A DNA stretch of 64,000 nt, from positions 128,001 to 192,000 of the forward strand of contig JBFXJJ010000004.1 of NCBI GenBank assembly GCA_050175015.1, given 5' to 3'. The notes beneath the pieces were generated by a model. It was not told the origin of the DNA and did not search any database. It was given only the letters and a program-made list of their open reading frames with translations. Below are positions 1-11,100 of the stretch, piece after piece; the stretch's first letter is position 1, and the number at the start of each line of letters is the position of its first letter. The translations under genes and the position numbers were made by a program. Source of the DNA: Alphaproteobacteria bacterium (GTDB lineage Bacteria > Pseudomonadota > Alphaproteobacteria > JBFXJJ01).

Positions 1-215
1 ACACCACTAATAACGAGTGTTGGGTTTAAAGAAATTTTAAGTTCAATATTTCCGCTAATAACAAGCTCTCTGCCTGTTGCATCTTTAACTATTTTGGCAA
101 TATCTGACTTATATTTATTAACATCTAAGTTTGATAAAAAATACCAACCAGCACCAATAGCTATAAACAAAACCGCCAAGGTCGTAATAAAAAATATTTT
201 TATAAACTTTTTCAT
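1..215 (-). CDS. AsmA family protein, N-terminal part (runs off window)
   Basis: Manual translation from ATG at 215: MKKFIKIFFITTLAVLFIAIGAGWYFLSNLDVNKYKSDIAKIVKDATGRELVISGNIELKISLNPTL; N-terminal TM plus the D.N.YK..I...V..ATGR.L.I.G AsmA signature. Confidence 0.8.
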   Translation of the reverse strand, partial: MKKFIKIFFITTLAVLFIAIGAGWYFLSNLDVNKYKSDIAKIVKDATGRELVISGNIELKISLNPTLVISG

Positions 216-240
216 TTCAATTATCCCTAAAATTTACTTT

Positions 241-909
241 CTATTTCTCAACAAGTACATCAAACTTGTTTTTTAAATCTTCATAACTATCAGCTATTAT
301 ACTAGCTCCTGCATTTAATAAAGCATTTGCATCATGATATCCCCAAGAGGCTCCTACCGATTTAGTTTTGGCATTTTTTGCCATCTGCATATCATAAATA
401 CTATCCCCAATCATAATAATGTTAGAGCGATCAACCCCTGTTTCCCTAGCAACTTGATCAAGCATATCAGAATCTGGTTTTCCTTTACAAGTATCTGCGG
501 TTTTTATCGAAATAAAACGGGATAAGATGTTAAAGGATCTAAGTGCGGTTTCAACACCTTTGCGAGAATTACCTGTTGCTATAGCCAAAAGAATATCTTT
601 GTTTTCCAAAAAATCTAAAAAATCAAGAGCCCCTTCATACATAGGAGCAATATAATTTTCTCTGATATCATTAGCAAAAACTCTATAATCATCAGCTAGT
701 TTAGATATATTAGCTTTTTCCTCAGGAAACAACTTCCCGATTGCATCTTCTAGAGACAAACCTATTCCCGAGATAATTTTTTTATCGCTAGGAACAGGCA
801 GATTATTCTGTTTGCACATTTTTGTAATCGCCTCAATTACGATTGAAGCACTATTAACCAATGTACCGTCCACGTCAAAAACAGCACAGACCAGAGGTTT
901 ATTGTCCAT
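241..909 (-). CDS. HAD-IA family hydrolase (phosphoglycolate phosphatase-like)
   Basis: FDVDGTL motif I, ATGN motif II, KP and IGDS..D motifs. Confidence 0.9.
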   Translation of the reverse strand: MDNKPLVCAVFDVDGTLVNSASIVIEAITKMCKQNNLPVPSDKKIISGIGLSLEDAIGKLFPEEKANISKLADDYRVFANDIRENYIAPMYEGALDFLDFLENKDILLAIATGNSRKGVETALRSFNILSRFISIKTADTCKGKPDSDMLDQVARETGVDRSNIIMIGDSIYDMQMAKNAKTKSVGASWGYHDANALLNAGASIIADSYEDLKNKFDVLVEK

Positions 910-924
910 AATTCTTATTATTCC

Positions 925-1908
925 TTATTTAACCAATCTTAAAAACGGATCTTTGCCCGCATCTTCTTCATAAAAGCCTAAAACATCAAATGTTTTTTTT
1001 AGATGTTCTGGCATAGGCGCAATAACATCAATATCTTTTTTTGCAAATCCTGAAATTTTAATCGCCCTAGCGTGAAGATGCAATTTCTTATCTATCTGCT
1101 GCGGAATATCCATCTTTCCGCCGTATTTACCATCTCCAATAATAGGATTGCCGATTGCCGCCAAATGAACCCTTATTTGATGCTTACGTCCAGTTAAAGG
1201 AAGCAGTTCCAGCCAAGCTGCCTTTGTTCCTGCCGTAGAAATAACGTTATAATAGGTTACGGCCTTTTTACCATCTTCATCAGGAGCCATTTTTTCTTTT
1301 AAACTATCTGTTGTTTTATCAATGTTCAAATCTATTCTTCCCGAATCAATTTTAGGAACACCGTCAACAACTGCCCAATATATCTTCTTTATCTTTCGCT
1401 CTTTAAAACACTTAGAAAGCTTTGCCGCAGAATTAACATCTTTTGCAAGCACCATAACTCCGCTGGTATCTCGGTCTAGTCTATGAACTAAATGTGGCTT
1501 CTTTCCTTCTTCATTAACAAGACTGTCCAACAAGCCATCAATATGGCGAGAAATACCGCTGCCGCCTTGAACCGCAAGTCCAAAAGGCTTGTTAATTACT
1601 ATAATTTTTTTATCTTCATAAAGGATTAGGCTTTTTAAAAACTTTTCATCACTTTTGGAAACCGTTTTCACCACTTTTTCTGGCTTTTGATTATCAAGAG
1701 ACAGTAAACTTTCGGGATAAGTAACGACATCGTCTTTTACTACTTTAGCTCCGCCTTCAGCTTTGCCGCCATTAAGTTTTATGTCCTTTTTCCTAAGCAT
1801 TTTTTGAAACAATGTAACTGGAACTTCGGGCATAATTCTTTTTAAAATGCGATCAAGACGTGTGCCTTCATCATCTTGAGTTATAATATATGTTTCTATC
1901 TGTTTCAT
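925..1908 (-). CDS. rluC: RluA-family 23S rRNA pseudouridine synthase (RluC-like)
   Basis: N-terminal S4 domain, NKP, HRLDRDTSG catalytic motif, TGRKHQIRVH. Confidence 0.85.
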   Translation of the reverse strand: MKQIETYIITQDDEGTRLDRILKRIMPEVPVTLFQKMLRKKDIKLNGGKAEGGAKVVKDDVVTYPESLLSLDNQKPEKVVKTVSKSDEKFLKSLILYEDKKIIVINKPFGLAVQGGSGISRHIDGLLDSLVNEEGKKPHLVHRLDRDTSGVMVLAKDVNSAAKLSKCFKERKIKKIYWAVVDGVPKIDSGRIDLNIDKTTDSLKEKMAPDEDGKKAVTYYNVISTAGTKAAWLELLPLTGRKHQIRVHLAAIGNPIIGDGKYGGKMDIPQQIDKKLHLHARAIKISGFAKKDIDVIAPMPEHLKKTFDVLGFYEEDAGKDPFLRLVK

Positions 1909-3197
1909 TTATTTTCCCTTTGTTTTTCAAACCAGTTATATCTCTTAGCAACTTCTCTTTCAAAGCCTCTTTCTATAGGTTTGTAGAAGTTTTTTCTCGT
2001 CATGTCATCAGGAAAACAATTTTGTCCCGAGAAACCGTTAGGAGTATCGTGATCGTAAACATATCCTTTGTTATATCCTAAATCTTTCATCAGCGCCGTT
2101 GGAGCATTAAGAATATGCATCGGCGGCATAAGCGAACCTGTTTTTTTTGCCGTCTCTCTCGCCTCGTTATGGGCAGCATAAGCACTGTTAGATTTGGGAG
2201 ACGTTGCTAAATAAATAACCAACATACTAATCGCCAAATCGCCCTCTGGAGAGCCAAGTCTCTCATAAGCATTCCAAGCTACAATCGCCTGATTAATCGC
2301 CTCAGGATCCGCCAAACCAACATCTTCTGCCGCAAATCTCGTAAGCCTGCGCAGAATGTATCTGGGGTCTTCACCAGCATCAATCATACGAGCCACCCAA
2401 TATAAACTCGCATTGGTATCTGAACTGCGCAAAGACTTATGAAGAGCGCTCATTAAATTATAATGGCCATCGCCTGATTTATCAAAAACGGGAGAACGCT
2501 TATTTAAAAATTTTGTAACGTCTTTTTGATCTAAAAGCTTTGTCGTATCTTGAGAGGTAAAATCAAAAATGGTTTCCACCATATTCAAAAGAGTCCGCCC
2601 ATCACCATCAGCCATAGATAAAACCGCTTCTTTAGCAGCCTCATCTAGCGGTATTTTCCGACCTTTAAATTCTTCGGCTCTATCTATAAGTTTTTTTAAA
2701 GAATCCGCTCCCAGCCTTCTTAAAACCAAAACCTGACAACGTGAAAGCAAAGCAGCATTAAGCTCAAAAGACGGATTTTCTGTAGTTGCACCAACTAAAA
2801 TAATTGTGCCGTCCTCAATATACGGTAAGAAACTATCTTGTTGAGCCTTATTAAAACGATGAATTTCATCTACAAATAATAAAGTTTGTATGCCGTCTTT
2901 TTTCTTATCCTGAGCCTCTTTAAATACTTTTCTTAAATCGGCGACGCCAGAAAATATTGCGGACAAAGGCTCAAAATGCATTTCGTTTTCACCAGCAAGC
3001 AATCGAGCAATACTAGTCTTACCACAGCCCGCAGGTCCCCAAAGAATAAACGATGAAAAATGACCCGTTTGCATCATTAATCCAAGCGGAGCATCTTCTG
3101 CGGTCAGGTGTTCCTGCCCTACTATATTAGCCAGCGATTTAGGTCTTAAAATATCGGCTAGTGGTTTTTTTTCATCATTTTCTAATAAATTTTTCAA
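1905..3197 (-). CDS. rarA: Replication-associated recombination protein A (AAA+ ATPase)
   Basis: GPAGCGKT Walker A, VDEIHRFNKAQQD, GATTENPSF, MgsA C-terminus. Confidence 0.95.
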   Translation of the reverse strand: MKNLLENDEKKPLADILRPKSLANIVGQEHLTAEDAPLGLMMQTGHFSSFILWGPAGCGKTSIARLLAGENEMHFEPLSAIFSGVADLRKVFKEAQDKKKDGIQTLLFVDEIHRFNKAQQDSFLPYIEDGTIILVGATTENPSFELNAALLSRCQVLVLRRLGADSLKKLIDRAEEFKGRKIPLDEAAKEAVLSMADGDGRTLLNMVETIFDFTSQDTTKLLDQKDVTKFLNKRSPVFDKSGDGHYNLMSALHKSLRSSDTNASLYWVARMIDAGEDPRYILRRLTRFAAEDVGLADPEAINQAIVAWNAYERLGSPEGDLAISMLVIYLATSPKSNSAYAAHNEARETAKKTGSLMPPMHILNAPTALMKDLGYNKGYVYDHDTPNGFSGQNCFPDDMTRKNFYKPIERGFEREVAKRYNWFEKQRENK

Positions 3198-4579
3198 GGA
3201 CGCACCATAATTTCAAAAACTTTATTGCCTCTTTTTATCTTCAACGTCAAAATATCTAGTTTTTTCTGTGATATTTTGGCTAAATCCTTAACTTCTTTTA
3301 TCTTATAACCATTAATCGTATCAACAATATCGCCGTCTCTTAACCCTAATCTAGTTTGCGGTTCATTGATAACTAAAACGCCCTCTTCATCAAAATCTAG
3401 GGATTTCTCATAAATAACCGCAGGATTGATATTAGTAACCGTAATACCTCTAAATATCCCAGAAAGATCCTTAACGTCTCTTGCTGGTTCTTCTGGAGGC
3501 GGAATTAAAGCAACATCAAAACTTAAAGTATCTTTGCGCCTTAAAACTTCAATGCTAATTGTTCCCCCGACAGGCATCGTAACTAAACGATAATACATAT
3601 TTTCCAAATCATCAATCGGCTCACCACCAATTTTAGTGATAATATCTCCAACCATCAAACCTGCTTTTGCCGCAGGGCTTACTTTGTGCAGACGGCTTAT
3701 TAAAACTCCAGCCGCTCGATCTAAACCTAAAGTCGAGGCTATATCACCTGAAATGCTTTGCCCCGCAATTCCAAGCCAAGGTCTTATAACTTTCCCTGTT
3801 TTTAATATGCTATCCAAAGTTATCGCTACCAGATTAGATGGCGTTGCCATACCAACCCCACTGTTTTGACCGCTTTTTGATAAAATAATAGTTGGAACAC
3901 CAATTAACGTACCGTCCATAGCAACCAATGCTCCACCTGAATTGCCTGGATTAATTGCAGCATCTGTTTGAATATATGATCTAAAATCTCCCCTGCCTCC
4001 AGCAGCTCTGGCTTTGGCTGAAACAATACCACTGGTAACCGTTTGCCCGACGCCAAAAGGATTGCCGATAGCTAAAACTAAGTCTCCAACCTCTAAAGCA
4101 TCACTGTTTCCTATTTCCAAATAAGGAAGATCTTCGCCTTTGTTATCTATTTGTAAAATCGCCAGATCTGTTTTTTTATCTGTTCCTAAAACTTTAGCGG
4201 CAAATTCTCTTTTATCGTTAAGAGCGATAATAATCTCATCAGCCCCATCAATAACGTGATTATTAGTTACGACAACACCGTTAGCCCTCACAATTACGCC
4301 AGAACCTAACGATCTCTCAATATGATTCCTAATGAAACCGGTATCTGGCAAATCGCCAAAAAATTGATTAAGAAAAGAATCATTAAAAAAAAGCCCCATA
4401 CCTGACGTTCTAGTTTTAACAATCTTCTTAGTATAAATATTAACAACCGCAGGTGCTGATGTCTTAACTATAGGAGCATATGAAAATTGTATTTGTGCTT
4501 TTGTTTCAGGGACAACCTTTTGAGCTGAAACAGGTAATGGTAACAATAATCCTAAAAGTAATATTATCAATCTTAACAT
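3194..4579 (-). CDS. Do/DegQ family periplasmic serine protease with PDZ domains
   Basis: Signal peptide, TNNHV, TDAAINPGNSGG, two PDZ-like regions. Confidence 0.92.
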   Translation of the reverse strand: MLRLIILLLGLLLPLPVSAQKVVPETKAQIQFSYAPIVKTSAPAVVNIYTKKIVKTRTSGMGLFFNDSFLNQFFGDLPDTGFIRNHIERSLGSGVIVRANGVVVTNNHVIDGADEIIIALNDKREFAAKVLGTDKKTDLAILQIDNKGEDLPYLEIGNSDALEVGDLVLAIGNPFGVGQTVTSGIVSAKARAAGGRGDFRSYIQTDAAINPGNSGGALVAMDGTLIGVPTIILSKSGQNSGVGMATPSNLVAITLDSILKTGKVIRPWLGIAGQSISGDIASTLGLDRAAGVLISRLHKVSPAAKAGLMVGDIITKIGGEPIDDLENMYYRLVTMPVGGTISIEVLRRKDTLSFDVALIPPPEEPARDVKDLSGIFRGITVTNINPAVIYEKSLDFDEEGVLVINEPQTRLGLRDGDIVDTINGYKIKEVKDLAKISQKKLDILTLKIKRGNKVFEIMVRP

Positions 4580-4860
4580 TTCATTTGTAGCCTTATTTGT
4601 TTTTTAAAACGATTTGGGTTGTATTTTGTTTGCATATAATTCTATCAATTATAAGAAAAAATCAGGAATATTTAAGCTTTTTTTTAACCGTTAGAATAGA
4701 AGTCATTTAGAGGCTTTTTTTATTTCTGCCTTACGGCAAGTCTTAACAGATAAACTTTTAATTTTTATAAAAGTAAAATCTAAGCTTTTTTACATTGTCA
4801 TAATTTAAGTATAATTAAACGCAATATAATCTGCTGATTTATACCTTATCCTCAAAAAAC

Positions 4861-4896
4861 AAAAAGGTGATTTCTAAAAAAGAAACCACCTTTTTT
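4861..4896 (-). terminator. Intrinsic terminator after rplQ
   Basis: aaaaaggtg-atttct...agaaac-cacctttttt hairpin with flanking A/T tracts. Confidence 0.7.
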
Positions 4897-4916
4897 ATTA
4901 ACTTAAAAAGCTAAAA

Positions 4917-5342
4917 TTATTCGCCTGCTTTTTCCTCAGTCTTTTCATTAAGTTTAGGACCTGAATCTAAGCCTTTAGCATTAACATCACGGTCAACCAA
5001 CTCAATAATAGCCATTGGAGCACAATCTCCATAACGAAGACCTGCTTTTAATACTCTGGTATATCCACCATTACGTTCTTTATAACGTTCAGCTAAACCA
5101 GCAAAAAGCTTACGAACAACAGCCTGATCTTTAACAAAAGCTAAAGCTTGTCTTCTGTGATGCAAGGAGCCTTTTTTGCCAAGAGTAATCATCTTATCAG
5201 CAATGCTTTTAATTTCTTTTGCTTTAGGTAAAGTTGTTTTAATTTGTTCGTGTTTCAACAAAGCCGTAACTAAATTGGCAAACATAGCCTTACGGTGTGA
5301 TGAAGTGCGGCTAAACTTACGACCGCTAATTCCATGGCGCAT
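4917..5342 (-). CDS. rplQ: 50S ribosomal protein L17
   Basis: [26 protein letters not shown]. Confidence 0.98.
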   Translation of the reverse strand: MRHGISGRKFSRTSSHRKAMFANLVTALLKHEQIKTTLPKAKEIKSIADKMITLGKKGSLHHRRQALAFVKDQAVVRKLFAGLAERYKERNGGYTRVLKAGLRYGDCAPMAIIELVDRDVNAKGLDSGPKLNEKTEEKAGE

Positions 5343-5494
5343 TTTTAATCTCCTTTTTTCATATAACCAGTTTCGCTCACGAAACTTGATAACGCCTGCT
5401 TGAAAACCACAAGTATCTTCCTTGAGAGAATTCTAAGCTTGCCTCACTATGAGGCTTAACAGAAACAAAACTTATTTAGTGCTTCTGTAATAAA

Positions 5495-6511
5495 CTAAAA
5501 AGCATCTTCTACTTTTTTAGCTAAGTCTTCAATATTTTCTGGTGGCCAACCTTCAGTATCCATACCAAGGTGAAGCCCCATTTTTGCCAAAACTTCTTTA
5601 ATCTCATTAAGAGATTTACGTCCAAAGTTTGGTGTTCTAAGCATCTCAGCTTCAGTTTTCTGAACTAAATCACCAATATAAACAATATTGTCGTTTCTTA
5701 AGCAATTTGCAGAACGAACAGATAATTCAAGTTCTTCAACTTTGCATAATAAATGTTTATTAAATGGCAATTCATCCTTGTCTTCTTTTTCTTGAATTTC
5801 TTCAGGCTCTTCAAAATTAATGAACATTTTAAGCTGTTCTTGAAGAATTCTAGAAGCAAGAGCTACCGCATCTTCAGGTTTTACTGCACCATTCGTTTCA
5901 ACAAGCATTGAAAGCTTATCGTAGTCAGTAACCTGACCAACACGAGTGTTTTCAACTTTGTAAGAAACTTTTCTTACTGGACTGAAAATAGCATCAACAG
6001 GAATATATCCAATAGGAGCTTCTTCAAGACGATTTTGAGCAGCTAAAGTATAACCTTTTCCTGTACCAACATTAAGCTCCATATCCAAAGAAGCACCTTT
6101 GTCAAGCGTACAAATTACTTGGTCTGGGTTCATAATTTCAACATCATGACCTGTTTCAATCATTGATGCTGTAACTTCTATTGGACCATCAGCCTTAAGA
6201 TGCATACGTTTTGGATTTGTAGAATGAACTCTCAAAGCTATTGATTTAATGTTAAGAACGATATCTGTAACATCTTCTCTAACACCTTGAAGAGATGAAA
6301 ATTCATGCAAAACATTGTCAATATGAATGCCTGTAATAGCCCCACCCTGCAAAGAAGAAAGTAAAACTCTGCGTAAAGCATTACCAAGAGTAAGACCAAA
6401 GCCTCTCTCTAATGGTTCAACAACAATTTTAGCTTTACGTCCAGGATCTTCACCAGGAATGACTTCCATATTACTTGGTTTTATAAGTTCTAGCCAGTTG
6501 TTATGAATCAC
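5495..6511 (-). CDS. rpoA: RNA polymerase alpha subunit
   Basis: [37 protein letters not shown]; GTG start at 6511 with GAGG RBS. Confidence 0.98.
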   Translation of the reverse strand: MIHNNWLELIKPSNMEVIPGEDPGRKAKIVVEPLERGFGLTLGNALRRVLLSSLQGGAITGIHIDNVLHEFSSLQGVREDVTDIVLNIKSIALRVHSTNPKRMHLKADGPIEVTASMIETGHDVEIMNPDQVICTLDKGASLDMELNVGTGKGYTLAAQNRLEEAPIGYIPVDAIFSPVRKVSYKVENTRVGQVTDYDKLSMLVETNGAVKPEDAVALASRILQEQLKMFINFEEPEEIQEKEDKDELPFNKHLLCKVEELELSVRSANCLRNDNIVYIGDLVQKTEAEMLRTPNFGRKSLNEIKEVLAKMGLHLGMDTEGWPPENIEDLAKKVEDAF

Positions 6512-6645
6512 GAAACCTATCCTCACTATATAAAAGCGTTTAAAGCGTGTTTAAAACGCTTACAAAACTACCTATGGCAAATAAAAATTTGCCCCAAAGA
6601 AATAAGCCCGCCTTAAAAAACTTTAAGGCGAGTTAATTTTAAGAA

Positions 6646-7038
6646 TTAAACACGGCGACGTTTACGAGGACGACAACCATTGTGTGGAATTGCTGTAACA
6701 TCTTTAATTGATGTAATAACAAATCCAACAGCCTGTAATGATCTTAAAGCTGCTTCTCTGCCTGAACCTGGACCTCTAACCATAACATCTAGGTTTTTCA
6801 TTCCATGTTCTGCTGCTTTTTTACCAGCGTCTTCGGCTGCAACCTGAGCTGCGTATGGAGTCGATTTACGAGATCCTTTAAAACCTTGAACCCCTGCTGT
6901 TGACCAAGAAATAACATTACCTTCGGTATCGGTGATTGTTACTCTTGTATTATTAAACGTAGAATTAACATGAGCTACACCCGATGTAATATTCTTACGT
7001 TCACGCCTTTTAGGTCTTTGTGCTACTGCTTTTGCCAT
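6646..7038 (-). CDS. rpsK: 30S ribosomal protein S11
   Basis: [21 protein letters not shown]. Confidence 0.98.
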   Translation of the reverse strand: MAKAVAQRPKRRERKNITSGVAHVNSTFNNTRVTITDTEGNVISWSTAGVQGFKGSRKSTPYAAQVAAEDAGKKAAEHGMKNLDVMVRGPGSGREAALRSLQAVGFVITSIKDVTAIPHNGCRPRKRRRV

Positions 7039-7086
7039 AAACCAGTCCGTTTCATTAAATTATTATCAAAAAATATTATCAAAAAA

Positions 7087-7458
7087 TTAAGCTTTTTTCT
7101 TACCTGCGATAGGTCTAGCTTTACCTTTACGAGTTCTTGCATTCGTATGAGTTCTCTGTCCACGAACAGGGAGTCCTTTACGATGTCTCAAACCTCTGTA
7201 ACAGCCAAGATCCATTAAACGTTTAATGTTAACCGCAATTTCACGGCGAACATCACCTTCAACGTGATATTCACTATCAATAAGCTCTCTAATTTTTAAA
7301 ACTTCATCATCAGAAAGCTGATTTACACGGCGTTCTTCAGGAATGCCGATTTTTGTGCAGATTTCTTCAGATTTTTTATCGCCTATACCATAAATATAGG
7401 TCAATGCAATTTTTACCCTCTTATTGGTGGGGATATTCACACCCGCTATACGTGCCAA
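7087..7458 (-). CDS. rpsM: 30S ribosomal protein S13
   Basis: [24 protein letters not shown]; TTG start. Confidence 0.98.
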   Translation of the reverse strand: MARIAGVNIPTNKRVKIALTYIYGIGDKKSEEICTKIGIPEERRVNQLSDDEVLKIRELIDSEYHVEGDVRREIAVNIKRLMDLGCYRGLRHRKGLPVRGQRTHTNARTRKGKARPIAGKKKA

Positions 7459-7582
7459 AGTCTTTCTCCATAAACATAGTTTAGTATAAAATATTAAACT
7501 AAATATATACCCACTGAAACTGCGGGATTATATGCGTTTTTTTTGTTATGTCAACACTTATTATGCCAACATCCTTAATATG

Positions 7583-8269
7583 TCAACTCTCTTCGTGAAA
7601 ATTAATAACACTTCTTATTTTTTCAGCAACAGTTTCTATCGCTCCTGTGCCGTCAATACATTTTAACATACCTTTTTTTTCGTAATAAGGCAGAACAGGA
7701 AACGTAAGAGAACGATACTGCTCTAACCTTGCTTTTACTGTCTTACGATTATCATCAATGCGGCGCACAAAGTCTGTAGCCCCGCAAACGTCGCACATAC
7801 CATAGACCTTAGTCTTCTTAAATTTGTCATGATATGTTGCTCCGCATTTGATACAGGAGAACCTTCCTGTAATACGTTCAACAATAATTTCATCAGGAAC
7901 TTGAATATCAATAACATTATCTATTTTGATTTTCTTTTCCTTAAACATCCTATCTAAAGCTTCTGCTTGAGGAAGAGTTCTAGGGAATCCATCAAGAATA
8001 ACTCCCGACTCGCAACAAGCCTCTTCTAGCTTCTCAGAAATCAAACCTATACTTATATCATCTGGAACTAAATTGCCCTCATCAATAAGGGCCTTAGCTT
8101 TAAGACCAAGCTCTGTTCCCGCTTTGCCAGCGGCTCTAAACATTTCTCCTGTTGAAAGATGAATAGCTCCCGTTTCTTTTTGTAAGATCCGTGCCTGAGT
8201 ACCCTTTCCTCCTCCAGGAGGTCCCATTAGAATAATATGCATAGGATGTTTCTTATGTTTTAACGACAT
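7583..8269 (-). CDS. adk: Adenylate kinase (zinc-binding LID)
   Basis: GPPGGGKGTQA, LDGFPRT, CxxC...CxxC in LID. Confidence 0.96.
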   Translation of the reverse strand: MSLKHKKHPMHIILMGPPGGGKGTQARILQKETGAIHLSTGEMFRAAGKAGTELGLKAKALIDEGNLVPDDISIGLISEKLEEACCESGVILDGFPRTLPQAEALDRMFKEKKIKIDNVIDIQVPDEIIVERITGRFSCIKCGATYHDKFKKTKVYGMCDVCGATDFVRRIDDNRKTVKARLEQYRSLTFPVLPYYEKKGMLKCIDGTGAIETVAEKIRSVINFHEES

Positions 8270-8271
8270 TG

Positions 8272-9621
8272 CTATTTCAACCGCTTTCTTGTTTTACCTA
8301 AAGAAGTTTTCTTAAGTAAGCCCTCATATTGATGAGCTATCAAATGAGATTGAACTTGAGAAACGAAATCCATTGTAACTTGAACAACAATCATAAGGGT
8401 TGTTCCTCCCAAGAAAAATGGAATACCCATTTTTGATATTAATAGCTCTGGCATTACACATAAAACAGTCAAATAAAACGCAGCTAAAACAGTAAGCCTC
8501 GTTATAACATAATCTAAATACTCGGCAGTATTTTTGCCTGGCCTAATACCAGCGACAAAACCGCCATGTTTTTTTAAATTTTCAGCAGTATCTTCAGGAT
8601 TAAAGACAACCGCTGTATAGAAAAATGTAAAAAAGACAATAAGAGACGCATATAATGCCAAATAAACAGGTTGTCCGTGTCCTAAAATAGAAGAAAGATA
8701 ACCTAAAACACCACCCTTATCAGCAGCAAAATTAGCTATAGTAATAGGAAGCAATAAAATAGAACTGGCAAAAATTGGAGGGATAACCCCAGTTGGATTG
8801 ATTTTTAATGGCAAATGAGAACTTTCAGCATTTGTCATTTTCAAGCCAACTTGTCTCTTAGGATATTGGATAACTACTCTTCTCTGAGCTCTTTCGATAA
8901 ACACTATGGTATAGATTAGAGCTAAAGCAACAATAATAACCCCTAAAATTATAAAAATAGAAAGTTGTCCAACTCTTCCTAACTCAAGAGTAGTAAAGAT
9001 CGCTCTTGGAACATTGGCAATGATACCAACCATAATGATTAAGGAAGATCCGTTTCCAACCCCTCTCGCTGTTATTTGCTCGCCAAGCCAAACGATAAAC
9101 ATCGTTCCGCCGACAAGAGAAACAACGGTAGAAAACCTAAAAAACCAACCAGGGTAAATAACAGCAGAAGCACCGCCAGAAGTAAGTCCTTCCAAGCCAA
9201 CTGCTATACCATATCCCTGAATTATGGTGATTAAAACGGTTAAATATCTTGTATATTGCGTAGCTTTACGATGTCCAGCCTCTCCTTCTTTCTTTAATTC
9301 AGCCAAAGGAGGAAATATCGACTGCCCCAACTGCACCATAATTGATGCTGAAATATAAGGCATAATGTTTAACGCAAAAATAGTCATACGTTTTAAAGCA
9401 CCGCCAGTAAATAAGTCAAACATACCTAAAATGCCGCCGTTCTGCTGGCTAAAGATATCGGAGAGAATTGTAGCATTAATGCCTGGTAGCGGAATAAATG
9501 TTCCTAAACGAAAGACTATCAATGCCCCTAATGTAAACCACATTCTCTGCTTTAAATTATCAGCTTTGGCAAAAGCTGCCATATTTACATTAGATGCCAT
9601 TCTTTCATAAAGCGATGCCAT
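8272..9621 (-). CDS. secY: Preprotein translocase subunit SecY
   Basis: IMPYISASI, WLGEQIT.RGVGNG, GIRPGKNT; position in spc operon. Confidence 0.98.
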   Translation of the reverse strand: MASLYERMASNVNMAAFAKADNLKQRMWFTLGALIVFRLGTFIPLPGINATILSDIFSQQNGGILGMFDLFTGGALKRMTIFALNIMPYISASIMVQLGQSIFPPLAELKKEGEAGHRKATQYTRYLTVLITIIQGYGIAVGLEGLTSGGASAVIYPGWFFRFSTVVSLVGGTMFIVWLGEQITARGVGNGSSLIIMVGIIANVPRAIFTTLELGRVGQLSIFIILGVIIVALALIYTIVFIERAQRRVVIQYPKRQVGLKMTNAESSHLPLKINPTGVIPPIFASSILLLPITIANFAADKGGVLGYLSSILGHGQPVYLALYASLIVFFTFFYTAVVFNPEDTAENLKKHGGFVAGIRPGKNTAEYLDYVITRLTVLAAFYLTVLCVMPELLISKMGIPFFLGGTTLMIVVQVTMDFVSQVQSHLIAHQYEGLLKKTSLGKTRKRLK

Positions 9622-9711
9622 GCTTTACTCTCTCCCTATTACCTTTAATATCATATATCAAAAAAGGTTATTTAACTTATTTCTTTTGGTGCTTTTATGT
9701 TTCTTTTGAAA

Positions 9712-10203
9712 TTATTCTTCGGCTTTAACAACAAGCTTAGAATTCAAAACAATTTCAATTTTACCGCCATTTTTTTCTATAGCTTCTTTGGCTTTGCTAG
9801 AATAACCGCTCACTTTTAAATTAAGAGCTGTTTTCAATTCTCCGCCGCCTAAAACTTTAATGCCATCTTTAGCTTTCTTTAAAAGACCAGCTTTTAAGAT
9901 TTCAGCTTCACCAATTTCTGATTTTGCATCTAATTTCTTTGCATCAACTGCAGCTTGAAGCTTGCCAAGATTGATTACAGCAAAATTGCTAGCAAACATT
10001 TCATTGTTAAAACCTCTTTTTGGTAAACGTCTGTAAATAGGCATTTGTCCGCCTTCAAAGCCATGAACGGCTACACCGCTTCTGGATTTTTGGCCTTTAT
10101 CGCCTCTTCCGCCAGTAACACCTTTACCACAACCGGAACCACGAGCAACACGCATACGAGATTTACGTGCTCCTTTGTTATCCTTTATTTCATTTAGTTT
10201 CAT
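9712..10203 (-). CDS. rplO: 50S ribosomal protein L15
   Basis: GFEGGQMP.YRRLPKRGF. Confidence 0.98.
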   Translation of the reverse strand: MKLNEIKDNKGARKSRMRVARGSGCGKGVTGGRGDKGQKSRSGVAVHGFEGGQMPIYRRLPKRGFNNEMFASNFAVINLGKLQAAVDAKKLDAKSEIGEAEILKAGLLKKAKDGIKVLGGGELKTALNLKVSGYSSKAKEAIEKNGGKIEIVLNSKLVVKAEE

Positions 10204-10310
10204 TTTTCTAATCCACTTTTCAAAACTAAAACCTAAAACTTGGCAACACCAAGTTCTGATTAAATCTAATAATATACAAGAAGTAGCTCTATAATAATTA
10301 AAACAGATGC

Positions 10311-10502
10311 CTATTCTTCAATTTTAACCAAATGAGGAACTTTTTTTACCATTCCACGAATTGAAGGAGTATCTTCAAGCTCTCTTACTTTATTAACCTT
10401 GTTCAAACCAAGACCAATAAGTACTTTGCGTTGAGCTTTATCTCTTCCAATAGGACTTGCTACTTGTTTTACCTTAATTAAGGCTGTTGCTTTCTTAGCC
10501 AT
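10311..10502 (-). CDS. rpmD: 50S ribosomal protein L30
   Basis: [18 protein letters not shown]; position. Confidence 0.96.
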   Translation of the reverse strand: MAKKATALIKVKQVASPIGRDKAQRKVLIGLGLNKVNKVRELEDTPSIRGMVKKVPHLVKIEE

Positions 10503-10507
10503 TTGAC

Positions 10508-11086
10508 TTACTCCTTGCTAGCTGTTGCTGAAGAACCATCTCTGCGTCCAACAATATCACCAATTTTTTTGCCTCTCTTAGAAGCAACGCCTTTTGGCGA
10601 ATTAATGTTTTTAAACGCATCAAAAGTTGCTTTAATAACATTGTAAGGATTCTGGCTGCCAAGTGATTTAGCTACAACATCTTGAATACCAACGGTTTCA
10701 AAAACAGCTCTCATAGAACCACCTGCAATGATACCTGTACCAGCAGGAGCGGATCTCATAACAACTTTGCCTGCACCAAAACGTCCATAAGAATCATGGT
10801 GAAGAGTTCTACCCTCACGAAGAGGCACTCTTACCATATTCTTTTTAGCGGCATCAGTTGCTTTACGTACTGCTTCAGGAACTTCTTTAGCCTTACCAGC
10901 ACCACAACCAACACGACCACGTTGATCACCGACAACAACTATCGCTGCAAAAGCAAAGCGTCTACCACCTTTTACAACCTTAGCTACTCTATTAATATGA
11001 ACGAGCTTATCTACAAGCTCTTCAGTTTCACGCTCACGAGCTTTCTCGTTTTTTGCGTTACGTTCTGTATTTGGTTTACGTGACAT
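10508..11086 (-). CDS. rpsE: 30S ribosomal protein S5
   Basis: [22 protein letters not shown]. Confidence 0.98.
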   Translation of the reverse strand: MSRKPNTERNAKNEKARERETEELVDKLVHINRVAKVVKGGRRFAFAAIVVVGDQRGRVGCGAGKAKEVPEAVRKATDAAKKNMVRVPLREGRTLHHDSYGRFGAGKVVMRSAPAGTGIIAGGSMRAVFETVGIQDVVAKSLGSQNPYNVIKATFDAFKNINSPKGVASKRGKKIGDIVGRRDGSSATASKE

Positions 11087-11100
11087 TTTCCTCTTTCCCT

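Noticed and set aside
1905-1908. No crcB between rarA and the pseudouridine synthase gene
   Set aside because: Simple gene loss or relocation; too common to be notable and not testable within the window
5495-7458. rpsD and rpmJ missing from the alpha/spc operons
   Set aside because: Normal for alphaproteobacteria; rpsD is present at 60338..60952
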